A stretch of 64,000 bases of DNA from Opitutales bacterium (GTDB taxonomy: Bacteria > Verrucomicrobiota > Verrucomicrobiia > Opitutales > UBA2987), in contig CBDDEL010000017.1 in assembly GCA_965226885.1 (NCBI GenBank), forward strand, positions 64,001 through 128,000, written 5' to 3'. Positions 62,898 through 64,000 of the stretch are shown piece by piece. Within the stretch, counting starts at the first letter, position 1; the number at the start of each line of letters is the position of its first letter. Position numbers and translations under genes: made by a program. A model generated the notes under the pieces. The model made no database searches. It saw only the letters and a program-made list of their open reading frames with translations, and had not been told where the DNA came from.

Positions 62898-63959
62898 ATG
62901 ACCGGCAGAAATAAATCCACTCAATCAACACCTCAGAAAAAATCCGCTGTTGTCAAAACTACAGGGAAAATCCAGAAGGCCAAACCTACCAAAAAAACCG
63001 CTGTGGTTAAAAAGGCAGGAAAGAAAACCCCTACAGAGCCCAAGAAAAAGGTCGTTAAACCAACGGCTACCAAAACCGTTAAACCCCAGGCCAAGTCTAA
63101 GGCGCAAGTCAAAGTTGCCAAAAAGAAATCCGCAGAAGATAAGGCAAAAGTGAAATGGTCAGAGGAAACCATAAAGATGCTCTCGCGGTCCCCAAAACAT
63201 ACGCCGGCCGTCTTCAAACTGCCGTCCAAAAAACAAACACCTATTGTTTTCTCCCTCGAGGATGTGCGCGAGGTTCTGAAAAAAAATCAGGAGGAAAAAA
63301 CCTTGGAGAAAAAATCGGTAACGACCGCCGATGTTGCGCCAGCCAAGGCAAAAAAACCTGCCCAACCACTCTCGGCCAAAAAGAAAACAGTCAAGCTGGA
63401 ACCACCAGCCGAAAAACGTCGAGTACTAGGAGCGGCTTCCGTAGCCGATATATTGGGTTTCAATCCCAAACAAAAGCAATCATCCCCTGATAACGATACC
63501 AAGAATATTCCCAAAAAACACCTCAAGTATTATCGAAAACTGGTTGATTTGCGCGAGCATGTGCTCTCCGGGCTGAATCTGCATTCCAAGGAAACCCTCA
63601 AACGATCCAGGCGGGAGGATTCCGGAAATTTATCCAATTTCAGCCAGCACATAGGAGATGCCGGAACGGAAAATATAGAGAGGGATTTCGCCCTCAATCT
63701 GCTTTCCAGCGAACAGGAAGCGCTTCATGAAATCGAGCAGGCCATTCAGCGTATTTATAAAGGCACCTACGGCGTTTGCCAAATCACCGCAAAGGCTATC
63801 AGCAAAGAACGGCTCTCGGCCGTGCCTTTCACCCGCTACTCGATTGAAGGCCAGGCGCAAAAGGAGAGTGAGCCGGGACGGAAAGCCTCGCGCGGTGGCG
63901 CTTTTATAGATTCCTCTGCGGCAGCCGCTGATTTTACTACCCAGGACGCTGAAAACTAA
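62898..63959 (+). CDS. dksA: DksA/TraR-family protein with long Lys-rich N-terminal extension
   Basis: Coiled coil with HIGDAGTE tip, EIEQAIQRIYKGTYGVC, ERLSAVPF; follows ileS. Confidence 0.8.
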   Translation: MTGRNKSTQSTPQKKSAVVKTTGKIQKAKPTKKTAVVKKAGKKTPTEPKKKVVKPTATKTVKPQAKSKAQVKVAKKKSAEDKAKVKWSEETIKMLSRSPKHTPAVFKLPSKKQTPIVFSLEDVREVLKKNQEEKTLEKKSVTTADVAPAKAKKPAQPLSAKKKTVKLEPPAEKRRVLGAASVADILGFNPKQKQSSPDNDTKNIPKKHLKYYRKLVDLREHVLSGLNLHSKETLKRSRREDSGNLSNFSQHIGDAGTENIERDFALNLLSSEQEALHEIEQAIQRIYKGTYGVCQITAKAISKERLSAVPFTRYSIEGQAQKESEPGRKASRGGAFIDSSAAAADFTTQDAEN

Positions 63960-64000
63960 TAAAACAGATACCGCTGGCTGGTGGCCAAAAATTGCTCGTT

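Overview
Bacterial chromosomal window, most likely Verrucomicrobiota/Opitutales. This is inferred from the ileS-dksA order, the ACIII-cbb3-like linkage, a PEP-CTERM-type tail and a Trp-rich C-terminal domain. About 17.4 kb (about 27%) is mobile DNA: four IS1380 copies (all at TTAG, two in tandem), five pieces of one IS3-family element including a 150-bp mini-element, two further IS3-family elements, an IS21, an IS5/ISNCY-like element and a structured MITE of about 280 bp. Core genes are a GH13 debranching enzyme, gap-pgk, a secreted endonuclease, an M28 peptidase, pal, a response regulator, mlaEFDC, hldD, a complete alternative complex III (actABCDEFG), htpG, tRNA-Arg(TCT), gpmI, a Ca/Na antiporter, ileS and dksA. 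Several genes are broken. A secreted protein, a PEP-CTERM repeat protein and a tyrosine integrase can be rebuilt in frame; an RND pump is truncated and a ZIP transporter survives only as a remnant. Most notable: (1) the ACIII operon ends in a full-length CcoN homolog lacking three of six His ligands and the cross-linked Tyr, with intact CcoO and a monoheme cytochrome c; (2) a dif-like 28-mer at 18256-18283; (3) recurring short tandem duplications; (4) an integrase on the 5' side of a tRNA. All calls are from manual reading and motif recall; no searches were run.
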